From positions 3,960,301 through 4,024,300 of the forward strand of contig CM119270.1 in the NCBI GenBank assembly GCA_051294375.1: a stretch of 64,000 nucleotides of DNA, written 5' to 3'. Under the pieces are notes generated by a model that was not told where the DNA came from, ran no database searches, and saw only the letters and a list, made by a program, of their open reading frames with translations. The position numbers and the translations under genes were made by a program. How positions within the stretch are numbered: position 1 is the first letter of the stretch; every line of letters begins with the position of its first letter. The stretch comes from Paraspadella gotoi (Eukaryota; Animalia; Chaetognatha). Shown piece by piece: positions 1 to 12,873 of the stretch.

Positions 1-2129
1 TCCTTCTTTTAGGAAATTTTACATTTTGTTATTATTTATAAAAAATATTCTTTTAGATATGTAATTCATTGGTAGAATAATTTTAAACAATCTTAACAAG
101 TAAATTTTACTATGAAAAAATTGTAAGATGTTAAGAAATCGTTGAGTGGAAATAAAATTTTAATTAAAAAAAAAACCTGTTTCATATTGCTTTTTTCTTT
201 TTTTTAAAATGTAAATACAAGCGCATTAATTATTAATTAATCAATTAATTAATCAATCAATCAATTAACTAATCAACTAATCAATAAAAAATTAATGAAT
301 CAATTTTTTTATTTATCAATTAATTTAATAATCAATTAATTAACAATCAACTAATTAATAAATTATTTATCAATAAATTATTAAAAGAACCAATTAATTA
401 ATTAATCAATTAATCAATGAATTAATCAATTAAAACAATGTCCAGTTATTAACATGTCGTCATCTCCAATTTCGTTCTTGCTTTTGTCCTGTCAGGACCT
501 ACGAAAAAGACCTTAAAAAACTAACAGGCCTGATATGAATTTTCATTTAATTGATCAATCAATTATTCTATTAATCATGACGGTGTTTTCCTGTCTATCA
601 TTCATTCATGTCGTTCATTTTCTTTTTGTCATAATTATGTAATAAAAAAAACGAAAAAACAAACAAGCAAAAATGATAAAAAAACTACAACTAGTATTTA
701 CATAGGTAGCCAAATAAGGTGGGTATTGAACAGGTCATTCTTATTGACCACTTTACTGTACCTACGGGTCGTCTTGTCATTGTATTCGTCGTCGTTATCG
801 TCTTTGTTCAAATCATTTGAGCTGCCAATGTTCGATGTTATTCTTTTAATTAATAAATATGTAATAATTAAATAATTTATTATTTTTCAACTAATTAATT
901 AATTAATTACCGATAATGATCGTGGGCAGATCCGCATTGTTTGCTCAAACTTATTTATTAATAAATTTTGAATTTATTTTATTTTACAATTATGAATTTT
1001 ATTATTTGCTTTTTTTTTATTCAGTGCAAGAGGGGAAAAAAAGAAAGAAGATAGAGAGACGGTGAGGTGTGTTTAGAGATTATAAGTATGTATAAGCAAA
1101 AATATTATGCAATATTGCCCCAATAAAAACAGATCAATCTTTTTTGGTTCAACTTGTTTGATTTAAAAAAAAAATAACAAAAATATTAAAAAATAAAATT
1201 TTTTAGTTTTATAGAATGTAAAAAATTTTCATTTATATTTTAATTTAACTTAAATTACAGGTTTTTTGCAGATTAGAAAAAAATATTTGTTCAGCTCAGA
1301 TTTTATTTTAATATATTTAAAAAGAATAATTAAAAAAATAAATATGTAATTTTTTCATAGATTCTCGACCCAAAGAGAAGAGGTACAAAGAAAAACTAAA
1401 AAAATAAAAGAAGAGAATAGAAAAAGTGAATAAAAAATAGAAACAAACAATTTTAAATATTGAAAAAAATTTTAATAAGAAAATCAGAAAAACAGGGGTT
1501 GCAAAGATTTTGAATACATATAAATACCTTTCATTTCATAACCAATAAAAAACAAATGACAGGAAGCGAAACACGCAGGGTTATTATAGCTTCCGGGTTC
1601 AATCCTTTATTCTCAATTTATTCTATCGCTCCCGGTTTCGGGTTCTTCAAAAAATCGGCCGCTTCCACAGTGTTCGGCTTACGCTTTCCGGAATCGCGTC
1701 CACATCTCTGGATATGAGGAAAAGTAGTTGGCGAGAGAGTAGAAAATGATAAAAGAAACAAAGAAAAAAAAGACAAGAAAGAAAAGAAAAAAGAAAAAAA
1801 AAAAGAAAGACAAGAAAGAAAAGAAAAGGAAGAGGAAGAGAGAAGAAAGAATAAAAACAAAGGAGAAGGTCAGAAAAGAGAGAAAGAAGAGACAGAAAGA
1901 GAAAGAAGAAGGAAAGGAGAGAAAAGGAAAGATTAAAAAAACAAGGAGAAGGTCAGAGAAGAGAAAGCAGAAACAAAAAAGAAAAGAAAGAAGGAAAGGA
2001 GAGAAAGGAAAGATTTAAAAAAGAAAGAGAGAAGGTCAGAAAAAGAGAAAAGAAAAATGTTTTGGTTGATTTTGTTCGCGATGAGAGAAAAGCGTCTTCC
2101 TTTTGGCCCTTTGGCTTCGGACGAAAGAT

Positions 2130-2560
2130 TGATGACGATGACACGCAGCTCAACGGACACGATAAGACGACGACGACGACGATGACGACGACGACGAGAC
2201 GACGACCGCTGAGAGAGATGATGATGATGATGGATGATGAATGATGTGATATGAGATGATGATGATGAAAAAAGACGACAATGACGACGATGGATAGTAA
2301 ACAAAGTAAAAAGACGACGACGAAGATGATGATGACAACGACGACGACCAAAGACGACGACAAAAGATGATGATGATGACGATGATGATGTAAACAAAGT
2401 TGACAAAGTCCACGACGACTTTGATGATGATGATGTAAACAAAGACGACAAAGACGACAAAGACGGCGACGACTGCATGATGATGAAGTAAACAAAGTCG
2501 ACAAAGACAACGTCGAAGATGATGATGACGACGATGACGACGATAATGATGACGATGGGC
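2130..2560. repeat. (GAC/GAT)n trinucleotide low-complexity tract
   Basis: Similar tracts at 17740-18070 and 20690-21145, and inverted (TCG)n at 15390-15860, 47540-47970 and 53200-53580. Confidence 0.9.
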
Positions 2561-3127
2561 GCGGTGGCGCGGCGGCCTGTGAATTTGGAAAGACGATGAA
2601 TCCGGAAGAGAAGACGTTGATCTATCTTCGAGGCGACGGTCAATCGTTAGACTTCATGCTTCGACTACTTGAGTACAAATCTGCAGATTTAAATTGGAAG
2701 CAGCCAATACTTGTTATATATACTATATAAATGATCATAAACAATAAACAAGCTAATTAAATCTTTACACAAATTATTTGCTTGTACCAATTTCATAGCA
2801 AAACGCAGCAAGCTTTTCAATTTAGTTTATCAATATTCAAATAAAACGAATAGTATCTAAGTTCTAACTTCTAAGTTCAATAATATTGATTTCGGGCTTC
2901 GCTAAAGTTCACCTCGTTCCTACAGTCATGATTGTTTCAATTGATAAAAGCACCACTACTGAAAATTGTGTTATATTATATATGATATATTATATGTATA
3001 TTGATTATGATTGAAGAATATTTTATATTGGTTTGTATTTCAATTTACAATAACATCAAAATACTTTTATAAATCGATACAATCGTAATCGTTTTGTTCA
3101 CAACTAAAACTTCGCCTATTCCCTTAC

Positions 3128-3419
3128 TGTTTATCCGTTCCCCCCTGTACCTCCATCTCTTTTCGATGCCCGTCTCGCTTTTAGCGGCTCCTGTAGCTTC
3201 GGCCGCCGAAAAGACGTCGACCGCCTCATTGCCTTTCGGGAGGCGTAACGCGTTTCCTTCGGCGCTCGGAAAACGGTTCCCGCGCCCAGCGCGTGCGGAA
3301 CGTTGAGTCGTTGTCGTCGTCGTCGTTGTTGTAGCCTTTGCCCGGGGTTGCCTGGCGACGATATTTTGATTGATGAGGCAAATTATCGACGCTGGCACTC
3401 GTTTACGCGAGGAACACAG

Positions 3420-3494
<75 letters not shown>

Positions 3495-4140
3495 GAGTAA
3501 TAAATATATCGTTGTCGTCGTTGTTGTTGTTGTCAATGACGTCAGTACGTTGGACAGTTTTCTTTATTTAGGTGTGTATATAAAGGTTATATTAAGGGGA
3601 GCGTACAATCTTTAACTTGTTATGACGCAGCGCCAACGTCTGTGTTCCCTCAAAAAACAAGAGAAACAACTACAAAAAAACCAATAAAGAAAACAATAAA
3701 CAACAAAGTTCATAACCCCAAAGGGGAAAACGTTACAAAAATCTCCCACTCAATTTACTATTATTCCCCCAACGAAATCGATGTTGATAAATAAAAAAAA
3801 AAAAAAAACCCGAAATATTTTAAATTAAACATTCCCGCTGCCGGACTCCCGCGGTCATAACCCAAACCATAATCCTTGGCAGACAACACCGTTCTTCTCT
3901 CTTCCCTTCGCGGGTTAAAACACTCCCGCTAATCACCCGAACAAAGAGAGAAGAATAAAAAAAAAAAAAGGAAGAAATTTACTTCTCCGGCCTCAGGCCT
4001 CCGAAAAAAAAAAAGAAAGAAAATTATATCAGGAAAAGAAAAAAATCTTCACCTTCGCGCCAGCTCATCATCGTGGAAAGTTCTTCGCGGAGATGGAATG
4101 GGACGCCTTAGACTCGTTCCCCACTTCTCTCGTAACATTC
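3128..4140 (-). CDS. Three candidate exons (4053-4140, 3831-3928, 3128-3399), product unknown; repeated in block A copy 2
   Basis: Non-repetitive islands with AG/GT boundaries on the minus strand. Two-copy consensus gives MLRREVGNESKASHSISAKTFHDDELRE, GSVLTAKEEKTVLSAKDYGLGYDRGSPAAG and SASVDNCLINQNIVARQPRAK..AMRRSTSFRGRSYRSAKSETG. No recognisable domain. Confidence 0.3.
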
Positions 4141-4621
4141 CTGACTAATCCCCCATTTTCTTTCCACACCAATCCCCCCACGATCCCACCTTTTCACTAA
4201 ATATTCCCCACCAATCTCCACTTCTCTCCAATTCTTCTCCAGGATCTTCATTTTTTCCCTAACATTCCCCATCAATCCCCACTGCTCATTAATCTTTCCT
4301 CACTGATCCCCACTTACTCCAATAATTCCCCACCGATCCCACCTCGATCAGATTCATTACTCAGCAAATCCCCCCTTCTCCCCAAATATTCTCCCCCAAT
4401 CCCCACATGATCCCCACTTCTTTCCCAATTCATTCACAACCAATCCCCCACTCTCCACTATCCATTTCCTTCCCCACTTCTGCCCACTTTGCACGGACTC
4501 ATTTTTCCCGCGCGCTTCATCGACTCAAGCGCGTTTTCGCGAGAGTTAGAGAGAGAGAGAGACAGAGGAGAGAAGGAGATGAAGGGGGGAGAGAGAGATG
4601 AAAGGAGAGAGAAGAGAGAGA

Positions 4622-4664
<43 letters not shown>

Positions 4665-5394
4665 AGAGAGAGGAGAGAGAAGAGAGAGTGAGAGAGAGAG
4701 AGAGTGAGAGAGAGAAGAGGAGAGAAGTGAAAGAGAGAGAGGAAGAGAAGTAGAGAGAGAGAGAAGAAGAGAGAGCGATTGAAAATGAAAATTTATTCAA
4801 AGGTTTTTCTTGTTAATTTCGTTTAGTGTCCGGTGCGAACCAGGCATTTCATCTCTCGTAGCCTCAGGAGGAAGGGGGGCGAGCGGGGGGGGGGAAGAGT
4901 TTCTTTTTTTAGCCGAAGCTGCAATTTCGAAAACAAAAAAATTTTAAAAACCAATTCGTCCTTTAAAAATAAAATTAAGGAAAGAAGAACCTGATAGTGG
5001 ATAGTGATAGTGATAGTGATAAAGCTTCGATTTTCTGAAATTAAGTTTCGGGGCGGGATAAGAGAGAGATAATTTAAGCTTTAAAAATAGTTTGTGAGAA
5101 AGAGAGTCAAATAAAGTAAAAAATAAACTTTGAAAGTTAAAGGGTTTTTATACTAAATAAAATTAGGAAAATTGATTAAATATCTTTGGTTGTTTTATTT
5201 TGTTTTTTAAATCAGATTCCTTTCCCTCTGGCGACGACGCCCGATTAAAATCCGGCAGTGAGGTGAAGGTCGAGTTGAGGGTGAAAAGGGTTAGATGAGG
5301 TGAGGACTCGTGAGGTCAGGGTTCAAATCCCAGCCACAACAAAAATTTCTTCCCTTCCTATTTTCTTTCTCATGGCCTTACCTTTTTCCTTTTT

Positions 5395-5763
5395 ATTTGC
5401 ACCGCGAGTACTCGCGAAGCAACTCTATTAGTCACTTTTTTGTCGGTCTGTCGATCGGTCCGTCGGTTGTCATCCTCGGTCTGTCCCACTTACGTTAAAA
5501 ATGCTCATAACTTTCATATAGTTGGTTGCTCATTTGTTAAGACAGGAAAAAACCTCAAATCTTAAGGGACTTCTAGCGTCACCTTCAGGAAATCCTAAAC
5601 TATAAAGGAATAAACAGACAAAATTCTGATGAGTGCGTGTCATAAATACACCGGCTAAGATTGTTATTTTTAGTCATGGTCATGTCATGTCATGCCAGTC
5701 ACGAGAAATTGCCGTGATAAGGCAGTCAATGCGGTCGAACAATTTTGAATTTCCGTTCTTGTT
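5395..5763 (+). mobile_element. HINE/DINE-1-like non-autonomous Helentron-type element
   Basis: 5' palindrome TTGCACCGCGAGTACTCGCGAAGCAA, GTCN microsatellite-like block, (CATGT)n, 3' sub-terminal repeat related to GCGGCGCAAC, CTTGTT end, T-rich flanks. Confidence 0.7.
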
Positions 5764-6834
5764 TATTTCTTTTCCTTTTTCTTATTTCCTTTTTTCCTTT
5801 TTTCATTCCTTTTTTCTTTTTTTTCCTTTTTTCCTTTTTATTTCCTTTCTTATTTTACAGTTTCATCCTACGAATTTTAAAATTAATTTTCTTTTTTTTT
5901 CTAATTAGTTTTTGTGTTTCTGTTCTGATTTTTCTCTTTGCCAGGTCTAAAAGATCTAGAGCAGACTATCCTGCGGGGTCGGCCATTGGGCTGAAGTATT
6001 CCAACGGTATTATTGGATCTGGCGGAATGTTAGAAAGAGACGTGGCAGATCGAACGAGCTGGCTAACGACAGCTGGGGAGTGAGAGAAGTCGAGTTTATC
6101 TTAGTTGTCTATTTCATCTCATTTTTAAGACTTTATTCTTCTGAATTTTTAAATTTCGTTTCTCTTCTCCTCTTTTCCCTTTACCCCGTATTTCTTTTTC
6201 AACCGCTCTCCCTTCTTCTACAATTTTCCCCCTTTTCCTACCTCCCCGTTTACCTTTTTCCCTTCAGCTTTTACTAATTCCCATTTCCTCGCCTTTTGCC
6301 CTTTTCCCTGTCTTCCGTTTCCATTTTCTCCCTCTTTTTCCAATTTATCCCTTTTCTCCCTTCACCCTTTTCCCCCTTTTCCTTGTCTCCCTTTTTCCAT
6401 TTGCCCCTTTTTCCTTATCCATTTTCTCCCTTCACCCTTTTCCCCTTTTTCCTTTGTCTCCCTTTTCCATTTTTCCCCCCTTTCCTTTATCTCCTTCTCT
6501 CCCTTCACCCTTTTTCTCCTTTTCCTTGTCTCCCTGTTTTCATTTTCTCCCCTTTTTCCCCTTCTCCCGTTTCCCCTTTTCCCTGTCTCCTTTTCCATTT
6601 TCTTTCCATTTCCCTTTATCCCTTCTCCCTTTTCCTCCTTTCCTCTTCCATAGTGATCTCGGTTGACCGAAACTCAGTTTGACTCCACTTCGTCTTTGTT
6701 GTCGCCCTAAAACGAGAGATCGTCGTTAGCGAAGTTTTGTCGAGAGCGAACTTTCGTTCAATGGCGATATTTCTTCGCTGAGTAAAGTTTCGTCGCATTT
6801 TCGGAAGAAGAAATCCTCTTTGGCAAAGTCGCCT

Positions 6835-7170
6835 CAAGTTGCTAGGGCGAACTATGGTCAGGCACAAGCCGAATCTAAGTTGACAGCGGATCTATGGCTC
6901 AGGCACAAGCGGAATCTAAGTTGGCCTCAGGCCATAAGCGCGAATCTAAGTTGGCCTCAGGCACAAGCGGAATCTAAGTGTCAGGCACAGTATCATGGCT
7001 CAGGCACAAGCGGATAATGTCGGCAGCGAATTAAGTTGGCCTCGGAGCGGATCTAAGTGCCAGGCAACAAGCGGAAATTGTCGGCAACAATTAAGTGGCT
7101 GGCGCGGATCAGTGGTCGCACAAGCGGTAATGGCCTGCCAGATTAAGTTGCAGGCAGCGATCAGGCCAAT
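6835..7170. repeat. 28-bp minisatellite TTGGCCTCAGGCACAAGCGGAATCTAAG
   Basis: About 12 progressively noisier units. A clean unit is seen at 25275-25311. Confidence 0.85.
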
Positions 7171-7431
7171 CATGGGTTTAGAAAAATGAAATGGTCGTTA
7201 TAATTTTTTTTGTGCAAGTAAATTTTAAACAAACAATAACAAAAATTTAATACGCAAAGGGCTAAGTTGTAAGAGACGAAAGCATTGCTTTTAGCAATTT
7301 TCGGTGGCAAACAAAACTTTCTTTAGCAAAGTTTCGTCCACGAGCCAGTTCTTCGTCTTGAAAAAACTAAATTAAAAAACAGTTTTTTTCTGGTAAAAAC
7401 TCACTTAATTATAAGATATAATTGTAACAAT

Positions 7432-10230
7432 TACCTACCTTTCATAAATAAATAATACATAAGACATACATACATACATGTCATCCTGTTTTTTTCCTTT
7501 CGTTATAGTTGCAATGGTTTTCACGAAACTTTCTGTTGTGTGCTACAATATCAAATTTGTTTAAACTTGGTATATTAATAATTGCTTAATTTCATATGTC
7601 AGGCACTTTTTTTAAAATATTTTGATAAAAAAAAAAAAATTGGATTATATTTCGAAAATTCTGACGTAAAATCAACCGGAAAATAATCTAACAGAAATTT
7701 CATTGGGGCCGCATAGCGCGCCGCCGCCGCCGCCGCCGCCGCCGCCCAAGCCGCCGCCGCGCACGCCACAGCCAACGCCGCTAAGCAGCAATTGCAAACC
7801 GCAAACTCTTCCTACTCCCTCCCGCCGCTTTCGGCGCAGTCGCCGCTTGCCGCTGCGCCGCTGCAGCCGTCAACGAAGGTCGAAAAAGCTTTAAAAAAAT
7901 CCCCGATTTTTTTTTTGGGGGCAGAAAAATCAATAATTGGCCGGGAGGCGTTGGCGGTAGCCGGCTAGCGAGTCGGCAGAGGATCGAGCCCAAGCGTGTC
8001 GGAAGCGCGTCGGCAGAGAGTTGCAGCGAGTCAGCACTGATCGGCATCGCCTAGAAATACTAGGAATCGCGTAGGGAGTTCGGCGTTGAGAGTACAACCT
8101 GATGCAAACAGAAATTTAGGAAAGAAAAGAGAAAGGATTTATCAGTATATATCTATGCAATGATTATGATTACTTTATGTAAGTATATTATCTATTCCAA
8201 TAATTATGATTATTTCTAATTTAAATAAATGACAATTACTACTTGTATTTAGTGCTATTTTCTTTCGCAGGAAGATTGGTGCTTAATAATCAACTTAAAC
8301 AAAGTGATCATTTCATAAGTTTAATCTGACAATGTTAATTTTTTCCGCTTATCCCTTCGAGAAAAGAAAAAGAAAAAAAAAAGAAATAAAAAAGGAAAAC
8401 AACTCTTTGGCAGAGAAATAAGTGGAGGCGAGAATCGGGGGAAAGAAAAGCGTCGCTTCGGTAAATAAGAAAAGAAAAAACTAAATAATAAAACAAATTG
8501 AAAGAGAAAAAAAGCGAGAGAAACGTCGACGAAAGAAGCAACAAGGAAAGTAGGCGTGGTTTATCTAAGGGAGAAATAGGAGGAGTTTTTATTGGACAAA
8601 AAAACACGTTGGGAATGATGATAATTTAACATACAAATATGAATATTATTAGAGACAAAGGCAAGGCAGTAAAAACAAATTATAACAAATAGTCCATAAG
8701 GATTTGATGGTTTGTTTCTTGAAGGTAAGTTGAATGATCTACGTTCCCTCTCTCGTTTCCTGCCTTCGGTTTCCTGAGGGAAGCTCTTCCTCTTGATGGT
8801 CAATCATAAGAAAGACGGAGAGAAGCAAGAGGAGAGCAAGCTCTCTGATTGGTCAAATCAAAGAAAAGACGGAGAAAGCCAAGAGAGGCAAGCTCTCTGA
8901 GGTCTTAAGACGAACCAAGGCAGCACTAAATCCATTCTCTGCGTTGTGAGCAAACCCGGTCGATAGACGAACGAGAAAGGATTTTGCTTCGTTGGACTCA
9001 TTTGATTGATTCATTGTTTTATAAGATCAGAGCTTGGATGCCTCATAGATGACGATCATTTCCATATTAAGATTTATTTCCATGAAACGATTGAGAAAAC
9101 AATCATTACATAATATATACCAATTTGTACTGCCCCGTTTTTTAGTAAAATGACTCCGAATGGGCTAAGAGTTTAAACTTAAAAACCATAAATTTAAAGA
9201 ACGTATTCAAAAGAGAAGTTCAAACGGTGCGAATGGTTAGACGGACAGACAGACGGTCTAAAAAATTATTTCGCCGAACCAGGTGAGAAAGAAAAACAAA
9301 GGAAACAGTGTTTAAAATACCCAAATTTGCGACCACGTTTGGTAGACACATGATAATACCGTTATCAAATTTTTATAAAATTCCTACGTTACGGACTAGA
9401 TACGTGATGTTGATCTAATATAGATTTTCTTTGTATTCATCCGAAGGATTCTTCAAAGAATTCACTGGAAACAGAAATCAGAGAAAGAAAAAGAACCTTA
9501 AGATATAAAAAAGGAGAAAGTCGAACGAGTTTCAAATCATTCATTCGCGAACTAAAAAAAAAAAAACAACGTTTTTTCTAACATTTCTGGAATATCAATT
9601 ATCATACATTATGAATAAACAAACGTGTGAGAGAGTTCTTGATAGAAAGCTTGCAGAAACCTGCTATGAGTTTATCTTGTAAGTGTGATGGAGCCTTAAA
9701 AACCACCAAAGTCAGGAACAAATAGCTTATATTTATTAAATGCAATGGATAATCTTTTATATTGCGTTGTACCCAATTCATACAATGATAAATTTTGAAC
9801 CCTAACACAAACTGGGCTGGACCACGGATTATGTAACCAACTGCTTCATTTTTTTCTAACAAGAATCCTATCCATTTTTGACTTAATAAAATGCTTTTTT
9901 CTTTTACTTTTGTCTTTGAGATATTGAACGCCAAGATACGTTTGAGAAATTGTTTACACTTGGCTTCCGGGTCTTTTGCTCGGGAGTCGGTTATTTTGCG
10001 TTGTCATCTATTGTTTGCCAACTGACATAATTAGGTCAACTGCATAATTTGGCAACCGACAATAATTTGGTCATTTTGGCATAATTATGGTAAACTGATG
10101 TAAATTTTGGTCCAAGTGATGTTTAATTTGGTTCAACTGGCATAATTCGTCAAACTGGTATAATTTGGGTTCAACCGGCATAAATTGGTCAACTGGCATA
10201 ATTGGTTAACTTCTTAATTTTGGCAACTGA
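7432..10230 (+). repeat. Block B, copy 1
   Basis: Colinear with 28827-31542 from TACCTACC..TTCATAAATA to the 18-bp satellite. Confidence 0.92.
10020..10230. repeat. 18-bp minisatellite AATTTGGTCAACTGGCAT
   Basis: About 11 units. Also at 31430-31542, 36190-36334 (inverted), 36360-36440 and 40760-41070. Confidence 0.9.
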
Positions 10231-10234
10231 ACAT

Positions 10235-10858
10235 TAATTCGATAACAATTGGAATTTGATTGATGATTGGTTAAATAATTAATTAATTGATAATATAAAT
10301 TGATGAATGAATAATTAATTAGTCCAATCGTCCCATTCCACTCATGAAGTATTGGCGTTGAAATATGAAATACATTTTTTTTGTTTTTTTCCATTAACTC
10401 TTTTCTACTCGCACATCCATTCACACAAAATTCAGTGGGTAAAAGAAAATAAATAATTATTTGAGTTTCAAATTTCATTGTTTGAAAAATTCCCCTAATT
10501 GAATCACTGCCATTTTCGTTCGATGGACGTCAAATAAATAAACGGAAAATAAACAAACAAACAAAGCGAAGTTCTGGTGGGAAAGAAGCGGAGAATCAAG
10601 GGGGAGAGAGAGAGATGAGAGAGAGGAGAAGAGAGAGAGAGAGAGACACAGAGAGAGAGAGAGAAATAAAAGAAATGAGAGACAGATTCAATGTCATAAA
10701 CTGATGGAAAAAAAGATAGAATTTCGTATTCGAGGAGCCAAAAAAAAAAAAAAAAGAAAAAAAAAAACAGAAGAGAAGAGAAGAGAAAGTGGCCTCTTTG
10801 TCTTGGATCTGATTAGGATTTAAAAAATAACTCCAAAGAAAGGAGAGAGACAGAGACG

Positions 10859-10927
<69 letters not shown>

Positions 10928-12796
10928 AGATGATGACCTTCGGATGCGGGTCGAGTTTGACTCTCAGTGGGTTTGCGTCTTGTGATAAGTGGCTGGGACT
11001 TCCTGCCGCGGCTTTTATTGGCTGGGCTAGACGGCTGGTGATGGTAGTGGCATAGGGCTGGTTGTGGCAGGTAATGAAGAGGAATGTGATGGGTTGGATG
11101 GCTGGAGAATCTTCAGTCTGCTAATTTATTTAGAAGAAAGAGTTGATGCATATTGCGTTGTCCCGTGATGATTGTGGATATGTGGTTGTGATTATTCACA
11201 AAAAAGTCGAACGCTCCATTGGTGGTTTTTTAAACGTTAAAGTTGTTATGATGCGATGTTTGGACCAAAGATACGCAAACAGCGATTTGATTGAGGGATT
11301 TTGTTGCCGGTTTGTTTCCTGAGGAATAAACACTGCTCTGCAGCGGTCGACGCGGGAAAGGGGGCAACAGCGGTTTGCTGCAGCGACCCTGGTCCTTGCA
11401 GCGCGGCGGCGGCGGCGGCGGAGAAAGCAAAATCGGTATTGGGGGTTGAAGGGTACCTCGGCAGGGTTCGACTGGGCGGCAGCGTTGGCAGCCTAACTGA
11501 GGTAGGGAGTGTTGTTATCGTCGGTAGTCGCAGAGTCGCAGCCCCGCCAGCGTCGGTAGCACCTGCAGTATCAGCAGCCCTGGCAGCATCGGCAAGCGTC
11601 GGCAGCGTCGGCAGCGCCAGCGTCTCGGCGCACGGGTCAAGCATGGGCGACGGCCGGCGACGCGTTATTGCGTCTCGGATGTGAAAAAATCTTCTTCGCC
11701 TCTAAATCTGCGGAAATTTCCTTTTTTTTTTTGCATCAATGGCGCCAAGAATTAGATAAAGGCCAACTGGCAAATTATCGCCATCTGTTTCCTCCGCCAT
11801 TTTCCATCTATGCCCATCGCTCCTTAAATTTGGCACAAAATGGCTTTCCACTATTGAATGACCGAAAACGATTACTGTAATGTGCGAGACAGACAAGACA
11901 GGCGGAACAGGACATGGCAATGGATGGTATTGAATTGTGAACTAGTTGCCGTCCAGATTCTAAGTTTGAAATGTGGAAAGTGCGAGTGGCGAGTTGGCGA
12001 GTGGCGAGTGGCGCGAGTGGCGAGTGGCGAGTGGCGAGTGGCGAGTGGCGATAGGCGAGTGGCGAGTGGCGACCGCTTGACTGAAAAATGAAATAAAGAA
12101 AGACCAAACGTCCAGTTCTGAAATTTTTTTTCGTTGTTGTTTTTATTTTGTTGTTTTTGTTTTGTTTTTGTTTTTGTAAGGTTCTTTGTTGTTGTAGCGT
12201 CTTTCTTCAATTATATCGAGCGCGGACAAAATTACTTTCTTTAAAACATGTAATTGCAAAATTATTTCTCGCGTTAAAGCTTTTATTCTAAAATACCACT
12301 ATTTAAGCTGTAAAACATGATAATTGCAAATTAATTTTCTCGGTTAAAGATTTTATCTTAAAATACCACTATTAAGCTGTAAACTGTAATTGCAAAAATT
12401 ATTTCTCGGTTTAAAGCTTTTATTCTAAAATACCACTATTAGGCCGTACGGGAAAAGCTGCTTCCTTTACTTGACTTTTTAATTTAAAATATTTTGGAGA
12501 TTCGTCGGGTTTTGAATGAAGTAAAACAAAAAAAAAAAGTTAATTTGGAGAATTTAATTTGAATGAATTAATTCTCTGATTTTCCTAATAATAAAAAACA
12601 AAATAATTTTTTTAACTTTATCAATAAACTGTTAGATTTATCAACGAACCGAACACGAAGCAATGCAGCCAAACATTCTAGTCCGAGCCTCATTCATAAA
12701 CATCTTCTCCCCAAACAACTTTTACACCATCAACGATCAAAACCATAAACAACTCCTTTCTCAGAAGTCTAGGCGCAGCGTGCCGGTCTCTCTCTC

Positions 12797-12873
<77 letters not shown>

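Larger units (their letters stand above)
1716..7170 (+). repeat. Block A, copy 1 of the large repeated unit
   Basis: Colinear with 20215-25311 from TGAGGAAAAGTAGTTGG to the 28-bp satellite. Differences are mainly single-base indels. Confidence 0.93.

Noticed and set aside
1-1600. AT-rich start with TCAAT/TAAT repeats as a distinct element
   Set aside because: Low complexity with scrambled fragments resembling 16990-17110 and ~35230-35340; likely poor consensus sequence.
5285-5338. Functional tRNA gene
   Set aside because: Only a B-box-like motif is present; no acceptor stem or cloverleaf can be built.
6835-7170. 28-bp repeat as a CRISPR array
   Set aside because: Head-to-tail units with no spacers; the variation looks like read noise.
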